64,000 nt of DNA from Octopus sinensis (Eukaryota): contig NC_043012.1 in assembly GCF_006345805.1 (NCBI RefSeq), positions 37,758,001-37,822,000 on the forward strand, read 5' to 3'. Both the position numbers and the translations under genes were made by a program. The notes below the pieces were generated by a model. It did not search any database, was not told the DNA's origin, and saw nothing but the letters and a program-made list of their open reading frames with translations. Below, piece by piece: positions 1 through 12,651 of the stretch. Each line of letters opens with the position of its first letter. Position 1 is the stretch's first letter.

Positions 1-197
1 TATTCTAAATACGGTATGTGGTAAGGCAATTCGTTGATGAACCTATTGCTAGTATATATATATATATAATATATATATATATACATACATACATACATAC
101 ACATACATATATATATATATATCATTCATATATACACACATACACCATTCGTAAACGGATAACAAGCATGTACATATATGTGTGTGTGTGTGTGTAG

Positions 198-236
<39 letters not shown>

Positions 237-289
237 CACAACACACATATGTAGACATTCATATACACATACACTCACGTGTGGTGTGG

Positions 290-690
290 TACATTGTGGC
301 AGTTTCTTTGTGTCCAAAGATCATGACAACAAAGAGCATGCCGTCAAAAGATTTGTAAGTCAATCCTTGACACTCCAGTTTTCTTCTTCTTGTCTGCACT
401 TCGTAGTTTTAAATCGAGGGCACAGTCTATGCAATCTGATCCTGGTCTTTAGACTTGAAGACCTCAAACACAGTGGCTTTATTGGGTCAAGACATCTGTG
501 ACCAGCAAGTTGTAGGTTTTGCATTGGAGTGGCCTTCTACTAGGTGAATTGCGTAACAAGGTTCTGTTACTGGAAGGCTGTCATAGGGAGCACCAGACGA
601 CCTGAGGGACTTCATTTCTTGATTTACTGTCGTGGTTAACTCCCCTGACCATTTCCTCTCCCAGAGCACTCAAAAGGCAGTATCACACAC
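290..690 (-). mobile_element. Possible degraded RTE 5' region
   Basis: Weak resemblance to RTE 5'UTR and the start of APE (ATWNV-like) on the - strand. Confidence 0.3.
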
Positions 691-1849
691 ACACACACAC
701 ACATACATATATCATCATCATCGACATCGTTTAACATCTGCTTTCCATGCTGGCATGGGTTGGACGATTTGACTGAGGACTGGAGAGCCAGAAGGCTGCA
801 CCAGGCTCAAGTGTGATCTGGCAAAGTTTCTACAGCTGGATGCCCTTCCTAACACCCACTACACTCTGAGAGTGTAGTGGGTGCTTAGGGCCAGTCAGGT
901 GGTTCTGACAACGACCACGTTCAAAAGGTGTTTTTTACAGGCTACCTGCACAAGAGCCAGTCCAGCGGCACTGGCAACGACCATGCTCAAATGTTGTTTT
1001 TCACATGCCAGAGGGGACAACTGATGAAGGGAATGTTCTTTATATTGCCTGTCTCGTTTCTCTGTTTCTTTCTTTCTTTCTTTCGTTGTTCGGAAAATGT
1101 TCGTTTTCTATGTTTTTCTTTTTTTATGTTCTCATTTCTCATTTTGTCCACATTTTTTTAATGTCCTGTACCCATATATGTATGTATATATGCATATATT
1201 TATTATTTATATGCATATTATTATACATGTACATACATACATACATACACATAACTAGACATGCACTTGCTTAAAAGCCACCTGATAGGGCAGCTTTTAA
1301 GCTAACTCCAGTTTACATATGTGTATGTGTATATGTACACATACATTTGTGTATGTGTATTTACATGAGTGTATGTGTATGTACATTCATATATGCGTAT
1401 ACATAAAGTATATATGTCATCATCATCATTCACTGTCTGCTTTCCATGCTGGCATGGGTTAGACCAGTGGTTTCACAACTTTTCAAAAATTTTACATGCC
1501 GGTCCCCTTACAGTTTTTTGATGATTTGCAGCTCCCTATAAAATGTAGCATAATCAACATGGAAAAAAATTACATACTTTCGTATACCGTAATTTTCAGA
1601 CTATTAACTGCACTGCCCATAGAACCGCAACCCCAAAAAGCCACAACTTAATCCAGGAAATGTCCCATTGGAACACAATAAATGCACATGAAAATATGGT
1701 GAAATCAGTTGATCAATTGGTTACAAAATAAATGAGAAACAAAAATGCACAATCAACTGTTATAACCACATATTTTCTACAAGTGTGATTAACAAAGGAG
1801 TGTGTAGGAGTTGCATGGGAAAAATTGGAAGAGTTGAAATTTTAAAACT

Positions 1850-2030
1850 TAACTGTCTCAGTTCTATATTTAAGAGATGAGGAATTATGTACATTATTTA
1901 CATTTGATGGATATTTGTCCTTATCTTGTTTGTTGTTAACACAACGTTTCAGGTGACTTGGGGAAATTTCAAACCAGGGTTCTCATTCCTAAGGTATTTT
2001 TTGATGTTATTATTATTATTATTATTCAGG
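1850..2030 (-). mobile_element. tRNA-headed HHR-SINE copy, head truncated and ribozyme core deleted
   Basis: Collinear with 5655-5890 and 63095-63290 but lacks 26 nt (stem II plus most of the CUGAUGA core) at 1950/1951. Confidence 0.75.
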
Positions 2031-2442
2031 TCTTACAGATGCCAGTTTGAGAACCACCAGGTTAGACAGTTTAACAGAAACTGAGAAGCTGGTAAGCTGC
2101 ACCAGGTTCCAATCTGATTTAGCATGATTTCTATGGCTGGATACCCTTCCAAATGCCAAACACTCCAAGAGTGCAATGGGTGCTTTTTATGTGCCAGTAG
2201 CAGGACACCAGCATCAGCCACAACGAGTCTTCCCAAGCACAGCATATCACCAATGGTCTCAGTCACTTATCATTGCCTCTGTGAGACCCCCACATCCAAA
2301 GGGTGCTTTTTACGTGCCACCAGCATGGGTGACTATTACGTGACACTAGCATCAGCCACAACTACCGTTTCCCTTGTCTTGATGCATCTTCTCAAGCACA
2401 GCATATTGCTAAGGGTCTCCGTCACTTGTGATTGCCTCACAT

Positions 2443-2960
2443 TCCAAGGATTACAGCTGGGGAAATTAGGAGGCCAGAAATTGGGGCTCATGAAGTCATA
2501 GAAATTCTCTGATAACCTCTTCCAACTCTTTCTGGAGGTAAAGCAAGAAGGTAAATCCTACTGAAACAGATATGGCCTTCCAGTAGAAACCCTCTCCAGC
2601 CAGGGTTTGACCATAACTCCAGCAGCTTCACAAAGCCATCTGAACTGAACTTAAAGCCCTGTTCAAAGATCTGGGGCAGCATGATATCAGTTTTACTGGA
2701 GAGACCCACTCAAAGACCACCAGTTTGGGAAAACTTGGTTTTCATGATGTCCATGTCATGTCTAACAGCCTTTACAGTGTTCACAAAGAACTGATCAGCA
2801 ATCATGATGTCGGCATTTTGATACCTGGCACAAATCATTATGATACAAGTAAAGTTTTTTGAAAATTCAAATGGTTTCAAGTCCTCCATGTCAGCTAACT
2901 TCTTCTCGACTACAACTTTAATTTTCATGCTCTCAAATACTTTTAGCTGCAGTTCATTGA
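2443..2960 (-). mobile_element. Degraded Tc1/mariner transposase fragment (maT-like)
   Basis: MKTKFSQTG, DIMLPQIFEQGFKFSSDGFVKLLE, GRPYLFQ*D, LSENFYDFMSPNFWPPNFPSCNP across frameshifts. Confidence 0.78.
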
Positions 2961-3501
2961 TGCATCAGGCTGTTCCTAAAAAGAGGAGACGTAAAAAGAT
3001 CATCAAATTTAGCCTGAACACCCAGTATGTGAGGAGTGCTGCTGTGCCTCCTTGTCGTGATATCACCTGATAGTCATTAACAAATGTCAGTCAAATATGC
3101 AATATCATTGTTTAGCAATATTCTGTGAAGGTGAGTCCAGTCACGAGGGAATATTACCTTAATTGGAAACAAGTGAGGGCTGATGACAGGAATGGTGTCT
3201 AGCCATAGTGAAATTACCTCAACATTTGACCCACACAAGGGTGACAAAGTAGATGTTAAAGCAATGACAATGATGATACACAAAAAGGTGCTGATGTCAA
3301 ATACACACACACACACGACAAAAGGTTTTATATCCTGGACAGAGAGTTACCTATGGTTTCACATCCACAAAGCCAAAGCGCCGTGGACAGCTCGTTAGAC
3401 TCTATACAAAGACAACATTTTAATTTCCTACAACGCAGACGTGAGGAAACGCTCAGAAATCGAGAAATACTTCTTTAAAAAATGTTAATGAGGACAGGTT
3501 G

Positions 3502-3717
3502 TCTCCCCTGATGTACTTGATGCCCTCTAACTTCCACCTATTCAATTCAATGAAGGGCAATCTGCAAGGTCAATGGTTTGATGACATAGACAAGGTGAAA
3601 GTGGATATTAAGACATGGATGAACCAGAATAGACCTGGATTATTTGGAGAAGGACTTTGAGAGTTGAGTTCAAAGATGGTGCAAAGGTATAATTGTGGTG
3701 GAGAGTACGTTGGGTAG
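3502..3717 (+). mobile_element. Mariner transposase C-terminal remnant
   Basis: PSNFHLFNSMKGNLQGQWFDDIDKVK...GEYVG* resembles the mariner SPDLAPSDFHLF..GEYVE C-terminus. Confidence 0.7.
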
Positions 3718-5654
3718 GGACCTGTGTATACAGCAATAGTTACTCGACTAATATTTGCAATTTGAACAACTGATGTCAATCAACAAGAAAGTTGTGGCCC
3801 ATTTTTGCATCACTTTCAGTACAATTCTTCTATACGTATGTATGTATATATATATATATATATATCATCCTCATCATTTAACATCCACTTTTCCATGTTT
3901 GCCAGGGGTCAAACAGAATTTGAAGAAGCAGATTTTTTATGGCTGTAGCCAGAGAAAGCAAAGCATTCAATGAAACATTACAGTAATTTACAGACTTATG
4001 GTAATAAGTGCATTATAGTTATCTTGCTACTGAAAGCTCAAAGCTTTGAATATGGCTGCTGGAATATTCACATCTTATGAATCCTCAAAGACATACCTTG
4101 AAAGAAAGCCAATCCTTGTAGCAAAGGAGTTGCTGTGAAATAACATGCATGTGAGGGATAACTTGCCTGAAATGAGATTCTCTGAAGAGAGTCACTTTAC
4201 AGAACATGGTCACCTGATGTCAATGAGGAAGCCATTGTCAGACAATAGATTTGATACCACAGTGAGTGTACATGTGAAGTTAAAATGCCATAAAAAAAGC
4301 TAAATGGCAGTTAGTCACCTGGAACTGATCATTTCTGTAGTGTGATGTTGAAATGTAGAAGTGAAAACTTGCTTTAGTGTCTAACTTAATAAAAAAAAAA
4401 CGTTTGAATTGAAGAGTGTCCCAAATGGTGGGAAAGATGCGTTGATGGTGGTTCACTATAAAAGAAAATGTAGGAAGGACAACAGTGGGAATTAGCATGG
4501 AATATCTCATCTATCTGCTGTAAATTTAGTGTTCATAAGATCTGAGTCTCATTGTTGTTTCAGAAAGGGCAGGAAGGCAAAAGATATGAACTTTTCAGTT
4601 GGGTATCTGCAGGAAAAGTACACTGAGTGCAAGATGAACCTGTATCAAAGGTTTGATCCGAATAAAGCTTTTAATACCGTGAACAGAAATGCCTTATGGA
4701 ACATTCTGAAGCTTGGATGCCCTAAGAAGCTTATCCCTGTGCTTAGATGTTTCCATGATAGAATGAAAACATTTATCAACATGGGTAGTAAGCTCTCCGA
4801 ACCTATTTTGGTTGGAAATGAAGTTAATCAAGGGGTATACCAGTGCCAACTGTTTACATTGTATTCGGTTATGGATTCCTTGATAGCTTTTGAAGATTGC
4901 TTACATGGGGTCTACATTAGATACCAAACAATGAGTTGGATGTTAAATATAAGACAGTTTGCTCATGTCCTCATCACTAAAACACAAATTCCTGTATGCT
5001 GAAGACTGACTTGTCACTCGCTTCCACTGCAACAAGGAGTATCTTATAGACTCCTCAACAACATGCAGTGCATCGGGTCTAGCAATCAGCCTTAAAGAAG
5101 GTAGTTGCAATGTACCAACCTGCATGAGGAAAGAACCTACTCTGAGCCAAACATTTATGGACAGAAAATTGCAGGTCGCATTTAAGCTGTAAAGTGAACA
5201 TGACAAATATTGTTGATGATGAAATATCCCTTTGAATCAAGAAAGCCAGTGATGCAGTCAGAAAATTGGATAGACATTTATAGTCTTAGCACGGAATTTC
5301 AATTGAGACAAAGTTGAAGGTCCACCATACTTGTGTTTTGCCTCAATTGTTATATATGCATGTAAAACCTGGGTTATTTATGAAGATGTGCAAAGGTAGG
5401 AACATGTACATAGGTGACAAAGTCCTGAAACATAGCCAGTCTACTCGCATTTCAGCACCAGTTACAATGGAATAGTTATGTGCTCAGAATGAAAGACAAT
5501 CAGCTCCCTAAACAATTTCTGGATGGTGAATTAGCCTAGAGTAAAAAGCCAGAGCAGAAACAAAAATTAGAGAAGGTAAAAAATCTTCAAAGATGAGTAG
5601 GAAAACCTCATTCTAGATTGTTCCTTATGGAGGAAGGCAGAACAAAATTATATA

Positions 5655-5890
5655 ACATTCTTTACATTCGACAGATATTTGTCATCTTGTTTGTTGTTAA
5701 CACAACGTTTCGGCTGATACACCCTCCAGCCTTCATCAGGTGTCTCGGAGAAATTTCAAACCTGAGTTCTCATTCCTAAGGTATTTTTCAATGTTATTAC
5801 TATTATTGTTATTCAGATCACTGCCTGGAATCGAACTCAGAATCTTGGGGTTAGTAGTCCACGCTCTTAAGCACTATGCATATGGGCATA
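5655..5890 (-). mobile_element. tRNA-headed SINE carrying a hammerhead motif, inserted in an old RTE remnant
   Basis: B box GTTCGATTCC (5827-5836 on -), short (AAT)n linker, body, HHR, AT-rich tail; no LINE-like 3' tail or poly(A). Confidence 0.8.
5699..5744 (-). ncRNA. Minimal type I hammerhead motif, intact core, inside a tRNA-headed SINE
   Basis: GACAC-CUGAUGA-A-GGCUG(GAGGGUGUAU)CAGCC-GAA-ACGU-U-GUGUU. The loopless palindromic stem III (ACGU) implies dimeric folding. Confidence 0.75.
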
Positions 5891-6351
5891 TGGCATATAT
5901 AAAACAAGAGAAGCTCAAGAGACGTTTAATTCACCTCTGTATGCTAGTACACAGCACAATTTAACCTCAAACAGGTGTGGCAGTGTCCAAGTAAGACAGG
6001 CCTTAGATGTTATCAGAGAAGCCACATAGACAAGGGACTTGTACACTATACATTATATGGCATCTCAATTTGCAGGGAGTGTGGAAAGGAATACACATGA
6101 AGAGGCAAACTGAAACATTATATGAAGGTTCACCAAGAGAATACAGTAACACCTGCTTCAAGAGGAACCTATGATTGCCACATCTGTACAAAAGAGTGTA
6201 AATCAATAGCAGGACTAAACAGCCACATCCGTGCTGCTCGTGTTTAAGAGAACAATCAAGCATGGCATTACCAGATATCAAGTTGCAGCCATCATAGATC
6301 TATATATATAAATACATGCACATAGAGACGCACACACACACATATATACAT

Positions 6352-6429
<78 letters not shown>

Positions 6430-7341
6430 CAGGGTGCGGTGAATAAATTGTCATCTTAAAGTACAAAAAATGAAAATAACACTGACATCTCATTTTAGCA
6501 TATATATTTACAAAAATTACATAAAAATTTCTTCAAATTTTAACGAGTAAATTAATTCAATAAAATCGCCATTGGCTTCAACCATGGCCTCCACACAACT
6601 TCAACTCTCCTGCAACTCTTCTGGGTGGTTTCCTTGTTTAAGTTGGTGAATGTGCCATAATCCTTGCCTTCGGGTCATCTTTGGTGTTACAAGGAGTTTT
6701 GTTGGTCTCTTGCTCAACTGCACCCCACACATAATAAATAATTAAAGGAGTTGCAGTCTGGGGAGTTAGGTGGCCAGATGTTAGGGGTCAGATGTGGTCG
6801 CAGAAATTGTCTGACAACCACGATTGGGTTCTCCTGCAAGTGTGGCGTCCTGTTGCCAGATATATTGGCCCTTTCTCATCTTGTATGAGGAATACTGAAG
6901 GTCTTCATGCACTACCTGCCTGATAAGAAACTCAGAAAACCCCATATCCCTGACGATGGACTTGATTAACTTGAACGCATCATTATCAAGCATGGCCTGG
7001 ATCTCACCAACAAATTCAGGAGTTCTTTTCCTATCAGAACAATCAGAGAGAGTTTTCCGAGTTGCTGCACCTTCATAATCACCATTAGACTCATCCAACT
7101 CTTTCAGATTGACACCCAAACACTAACATGTTTGTGCTGGAGCTTCTGGCACAAATACCAAGCAGTACAGCATGCCATTTCCAAATTTGTGGCAGAGTGA
7201 ATTGCATCATGGGGCTGTTTTTCTCACAGATGGTGCCCAACTGACCCAACTGTACTGAGTAATCGACAAAATCAATAACAAACAATGCACATGCATGAAA
7301 TTGAAAATAAAATAGACACAATTTACCCATCGGACCCTCTG
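6430..7341 (-). mobile_element. Internally deleted Tc1/mariner element (DD37D/maT-like)
   Basis: Degenerate ~23-bp TIRs (CAGGGTGCGGTGAATAAATTGT-like; TA on the left). Transposase N-part (RTPEFVGEIQAM..YKMRKGQ) is joined directly to YIWQQD, then WPPNS, YYVWGAVE and ANGDFIE*. Confidence 0.85.
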
Positions 7342-7416
<75 letters not shown>

Positions 7417-7770
7417 TATATATATATAGACACACACACACGTATATATGTATGTATGATAGCAACACTCATTTACAACCATTACTGGATGTCAAGACAA
7501 GGTAACAAACACATACACATTTATATATGTACACACACACAAACACACATATATGTATGTATGTATGTATGTATACACACACACTTATATATATATACAT
7601 ACACACACAATACTTTCTTTTTTTACACATACAAGAGGCTTCTTTTTATTTTCTATTAAATTCACTTGACCTGGCACTATAGTAGAGGACACTTGCTCAA
7701 GGTGCCAAGCAATAGGACTAAGCCAAAGACCAGTGTCTAGTTAAGGGAACTTCTTAAGCACACGGCTGTG

Positions 7771-7809
<39 letters not shown>

Positions 7810-8656
7810 TGACGTGCACATACATGTATGTGTGTGTACATATATGTATATGTACATGTATACACATACAGATAGATAACACACACACATATATATTATA
7901 AAGGATGGGTCTGAAGATACGCCGTAAGGCTAAGCCCCTTATGAGCAAGAAACCCAGGGTAAGCCATAAACCAGTCCCCTTTATAATATTAACTGCTTGA
8001 CATCTTAGTGTGCTTCTTCCCCAGATTTATGTATTTCTACTACATACATATGTGTGTGTGTGTGTGTGTGTGTGTATACACACACATATCTATATATGTG
8101 TGTGTAGACACAAATATATGAAACACGCATGTGTGTGTACATACACACATATAAACGCAGCAAACCACAAGTCTCCTTAAACACACAAAAGTGTCAGGTT
8201 CTGTCGCACTGCTTGGCACCCGTTGAGCAGGTGTGTTCTACTATAACCCTAGGCCAACAAAAGCCTTGTGAATGGATTCGGTAGGTAGGGAATGAAAGGA
8301 AGCATCTATTACAAAAAAATATATGTGCGTGTGTGTGTGTATGAATGTGTACGTGTATGTTTGTCTCCTTCTCTTGACATCAAGTAATGATTGTAAATGA
8401 GTGTCGTCTTTGCTCTTCGTTTTTCCTTGAAAATATGTCCTGTTGCTTAGAAATAGGCGAGAGTTGGCCAGAGGAAGGGCATCTAGCCATGGAGAAGTCT
8501 GCTTCATCAATTCCACCTGATCTATGCAAGCATGGACAAGTTTGCGTGTATGCATGTGTGTGTGTGTGTATATATACACACACACACTAAAAAGTAGTGG
8601 TAAAAATCTTGAGATCTTACAACTATTTATATATACTCATATCCATACATATCAAG

Positions 8657-8689
<33 letters not shown>

Positions 8690-9585
8690 TATATATACAT
8701 ATATAATGTATATAGTACAAATATATACATACCGATATACACACGCACAAACATGCATATAAACACATAATATATACATAAATACACATATATACACATC
8801 TATATTATAATCGTTTTAGCATCCACTTTCCCATGCAGGCAAGGACAGAATGCAGTTTATTGAGGTAGGTTTTCTACAGCTGGATGCCTTTCCTGCTGCC
8901 AAACCTAACCTGTTTCCAAGTAAGGTTATCTATATTTTCCAATGTTCGACATGTTTTCGCAGAATATTGGAAATGAATGACAGCTTGTATAAAACTATCA
9001 CACTATGCCAAGATATTTGACACAACAAGCATACACACATTCATATATATAAATATATATATACACATCAGGCTTCTTTTAGTTTCTATCAAATCCACTC
9101 ACAAGGCTTTGATTGGACCGAGGTTGTTGTAGAAGTGGAGCGGGGGGGGGAATGAACCCGAAACCATGTGGTTGGGAAACGTCCACAACCATGCCTGTAC
9201 ACACACATCCATATGCATACGTTTATATTCACATATATATATATATATATATATACATGCACACACATGTACAGACAGACAGATAGGTAGGTGTGTGTGT
9301 GTATGTGTGTTTACAGTTTCTCTGAGAAATGGCCAGCTCGCACAGTGCCCTCACCCACATCTAACATTAAGTCGATTGGACGTAATGACTGGTGTTCGTT
9401 GGCGTGAAATATAGATCGTATTGTTGCTGATCTGATGATTATCATCGTTAACCACTGAAAGTAATAAGCAAGGGTGGATTCAATAGACTCACCTAGATCC
9501 TTAAAATTTAATATATTACCTAACCAACGAAAATCATTACTTTAATACATACACACACACACACACAAAGAAATAGATATCCACT

Positions 9586-9624
<39 letters not shown>

Positions 9625-11829
9625 GCGGGCATTGAAATACGTAGGAAGATTGCTAAATAGAGAAAGCTAAATAAACTGACATACAGACAACAGATATATA
9701 AATATATAAATACATGGTAGATAAATAGCTGGTTAAGTAAGATAGGCAGCTAGGCTAAATAGGCAGATAGGAAGCTAGCTAAATAGACACATAGCGAACA
9801 AAATAGATAACCAGACAGATAGCTAAATAGGTAAATAGATGACTAGCTAGATTGCTACTTCGATACACGTATAGTTATAATGCGAGCTAAATATATGGGG
9901 GAAACGAAGGAAGAGTGATTTCGAGTGATAGATGGATGGTCAGTTTGCTAGTGAAATGAACAACCGAACAGGTAGACAGAAGGATAGACAGACCGTAGAC
10001 GGGTAAGAGCTTAATTGCTACATGAATAGATTGGATAGAGAGAAGGACAAATAACGAGATTGGATTTGAAAAAAATATAGGGTGATATAGCAATAAAGAG
10101 AATGAAAGGTCTTCATTAGATTACCGTCAATATCTTCAACTGAAAACCGGCATCATGAAGACATTATTAGAGACATAGGCTTTGAATTATGAGGGAATCC
10201 ATTACAGGTACATATATATACGGACACACATACATATACATACATTATAGTATTTTATGATTATCATTAGAAGTGAATGTAAAGTGGTAGATGGTGGGGA
10301 GCATAGAATAGACAAAAATAACAACACACAGCTAGCAATTACTTAGGCGGTGTCTGTTAGCAACGAACAAACACAAGGAAAAAGTGGTAATTGGAGTGGA
10401 AAAAGATTAGGATGGAGAGAAAAGGGATCGGACAAGGGGAAAGATAGAAGACGAGAAATAAAAGAGAAAAGGGAAATGAGATATTGTAGCATAGGAAGAG
10501 AGGAAAAATGGTAACAGTAACAAAAAAAACAAAACAAAGAAATAATAAAAACGAGGTGGGGAAAGGAAATGTGATAGAAGAAAACTAATATATCAGATGT
10601 GCCAAGAAGTGGGGGATCAAAGCTAGGTAAAGACGATATGTAAATCGATCCCCCACTTTTCCAATACTAATATATATATGTATATATATGCATATATAAA
10701 TATAAGTGTGTGTGTATATATATACATATACACAGAGTAATATATATGTGTGTTTGTGTGTGTCAGTCTGTATGTGCGCGCGCGCGAAAACACTATTCAT
10801 GCGAGAGCTTTCGTTTTCTTTCACGTCGTCTTCTACTGTTGTTGTTGTTGTTCTCGTTGTCTCTCTCCAAAGCTATCTTTATAGGCGCATTATAACACTA
10901 ATTATTATAATTATTACACATGCCATACATTCATAATAACATATATATTGTTATCTACTCACCCTGGCCCTCAGGAGTTTATTCTTGAGTCTCCAAATTG
11001 CAGCTGTTTTACGGTAAACCCTCTCTCAGAAATAAGGAATAAACAAATCTGATGTTTTTTTTCCTTGTTTCGTTTCGTTTCGTGCTCTGTTGCTTGTTTT
11101 GTATATTTTCTTCTTTTTTTTCCCAATGATGGTAGCAGGAGGAGGTGAGGGAAGAAGGGGAGGTTTCGCGTTTAAAGCGAATGTGAGGCAAGGGAGATAA
11201 TCACATATTCTCACTCCTCACCCGGATAAGACACAGAAGTTACAGGATGTGACCCCTAATCCTTTTTTTTTTTTCACAGGGGACAAGGGAAAATTTTATG
11301 AGATTTTTCTTTGAGTATTGCTTTCTTTCTATAAAACAATTATATATTTCTGGGCGTAAAATATACATAGGATTATATATCTAATTATTTATATAAATAT
11401 ATGTGATGTGTTTGTATATATGTGTAGCTTGGTTTTCTTTTATAAACTATAATTATAAATTATATTCTATATACATCCGTGTGTGCAACGGGACGGGCAA
11501 GCGGGCGTGTTTATATCTTTTTTTCTTTCTTTTTAACGAAGTGTCCTTAGTAATAAATAAATAAAATAAAAAGCGCCTTGTTATCGTTTGTCGAGGGGGT
11601 AGTGCGTATGGGGGTGGCTCACGCTCTTGTCATGGTTTGCTACCAATACTACTACTATTACCACGACAACTATTTTTAGTACTACTACTATTATTTTAAA
11701 GTCATCTGACTTGGTGTGATCCCACTGTCATTGCTCCACCAGTGTTGGTTAGATTAACTTATGTATTACAGCTGCTGATACGAGTGAGTGCTTTATTTAG
11801 AAGGCAGCAGCAGCTGTAGTAATTGTTAT

Positions 11830-12380
11830 TGTTGATGATGATGATGATGGTAATGGGAGGAGTAGATTTACACATTTCAATGACGAAGTGGCAGTAAAGT
11901 GATGATAAATGAAGGGGAGAAGTGTGAGATAGGTGAGAGATAGGCGGAGGAATATATAATGAAAGGAAGAGAATTAGAGCTTGAGGAGGGGATAGAGAGA
12001 AAATGAAAATGGGAGAGAAGTAGGAGTAAAGATAACAACCTACGAAGGAAGAATAAAAGGAGAAATGAGTAGGCAGAGGAAGAAACAAAGAGAGGAAAAG
12101 AGAGAGGGAGGAGAGATGCAGAAAATGAGAGGGATAGAAAGAGATGGAAAAAGAGAAAAGGGAAGGTAGAAAGCGAGAGAGGGCAAAAAGAGAAATAGGT
12201 AAGCAGGAAATAAGAGGAGAGGGAGGAGAAAGCAAAAGAGTAAAAGGAAAAGTAGAAGATGAGATGTGAGGGAGAAGAGTTTGCAGAGAGAGGAGGAAAA
12301 AGAAGAAAAAAATGACGACGGTGCATTGCATAGAATTAATATATTAATATAAGAGAAAAAGGAGCAGTAAGAGAGGGTTT
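11830..12380 (+). repeat. Long purine-rich (GA-rich) low-complexity tract
   Basis: ~550 bp with a strong A/G bias on the + strand; a similar tract lies at 10370-10590. Confidence 0.85.
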
Positions 12381-12619
12381 TGATAAGCAGAGGAACATTT
12401 ATATACAAATGTATTTATATATATACACATACATTTATATATATATAATCGTTAATATGACATTTTTATGAGAGAAAGGGAACAATAGAAGCGATTAAGA
12501 GATACACGCAGCTACAGGCGCGAATAAAAAGTAGATTAATAAAAAAAAATTCAGCGAGGAACTGGGGTCCAGAACGTTTTAGAGATAAGTGATCTGATAA
12601 TATAATCGAGAAGATATCG

Positions 12620-12651
<32 letters not shown>

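Larger units (their letters stand above)
4100..6300 (+). mobile_element. Old degraded BovB-like RTE remnant (RT to C-terminus), split by an HHR-SINE
   Basis: SHCCFRKGR, NKAFNTVNRNALW, LGCPKK (ORF 4529-5002); terminal CHICTKECKSIAGLNSH zinc motif near 6175-6230. Limits approximate. Confidence 0.8.

Noticed and set aside
5815-5890. tRNA gene (and similar heads at 37000, 37300, 37738 and elsewhere)
   Set aside because: Only A/B-box-like remnants with no complete cloverleaf, each continuing into a SINE body.
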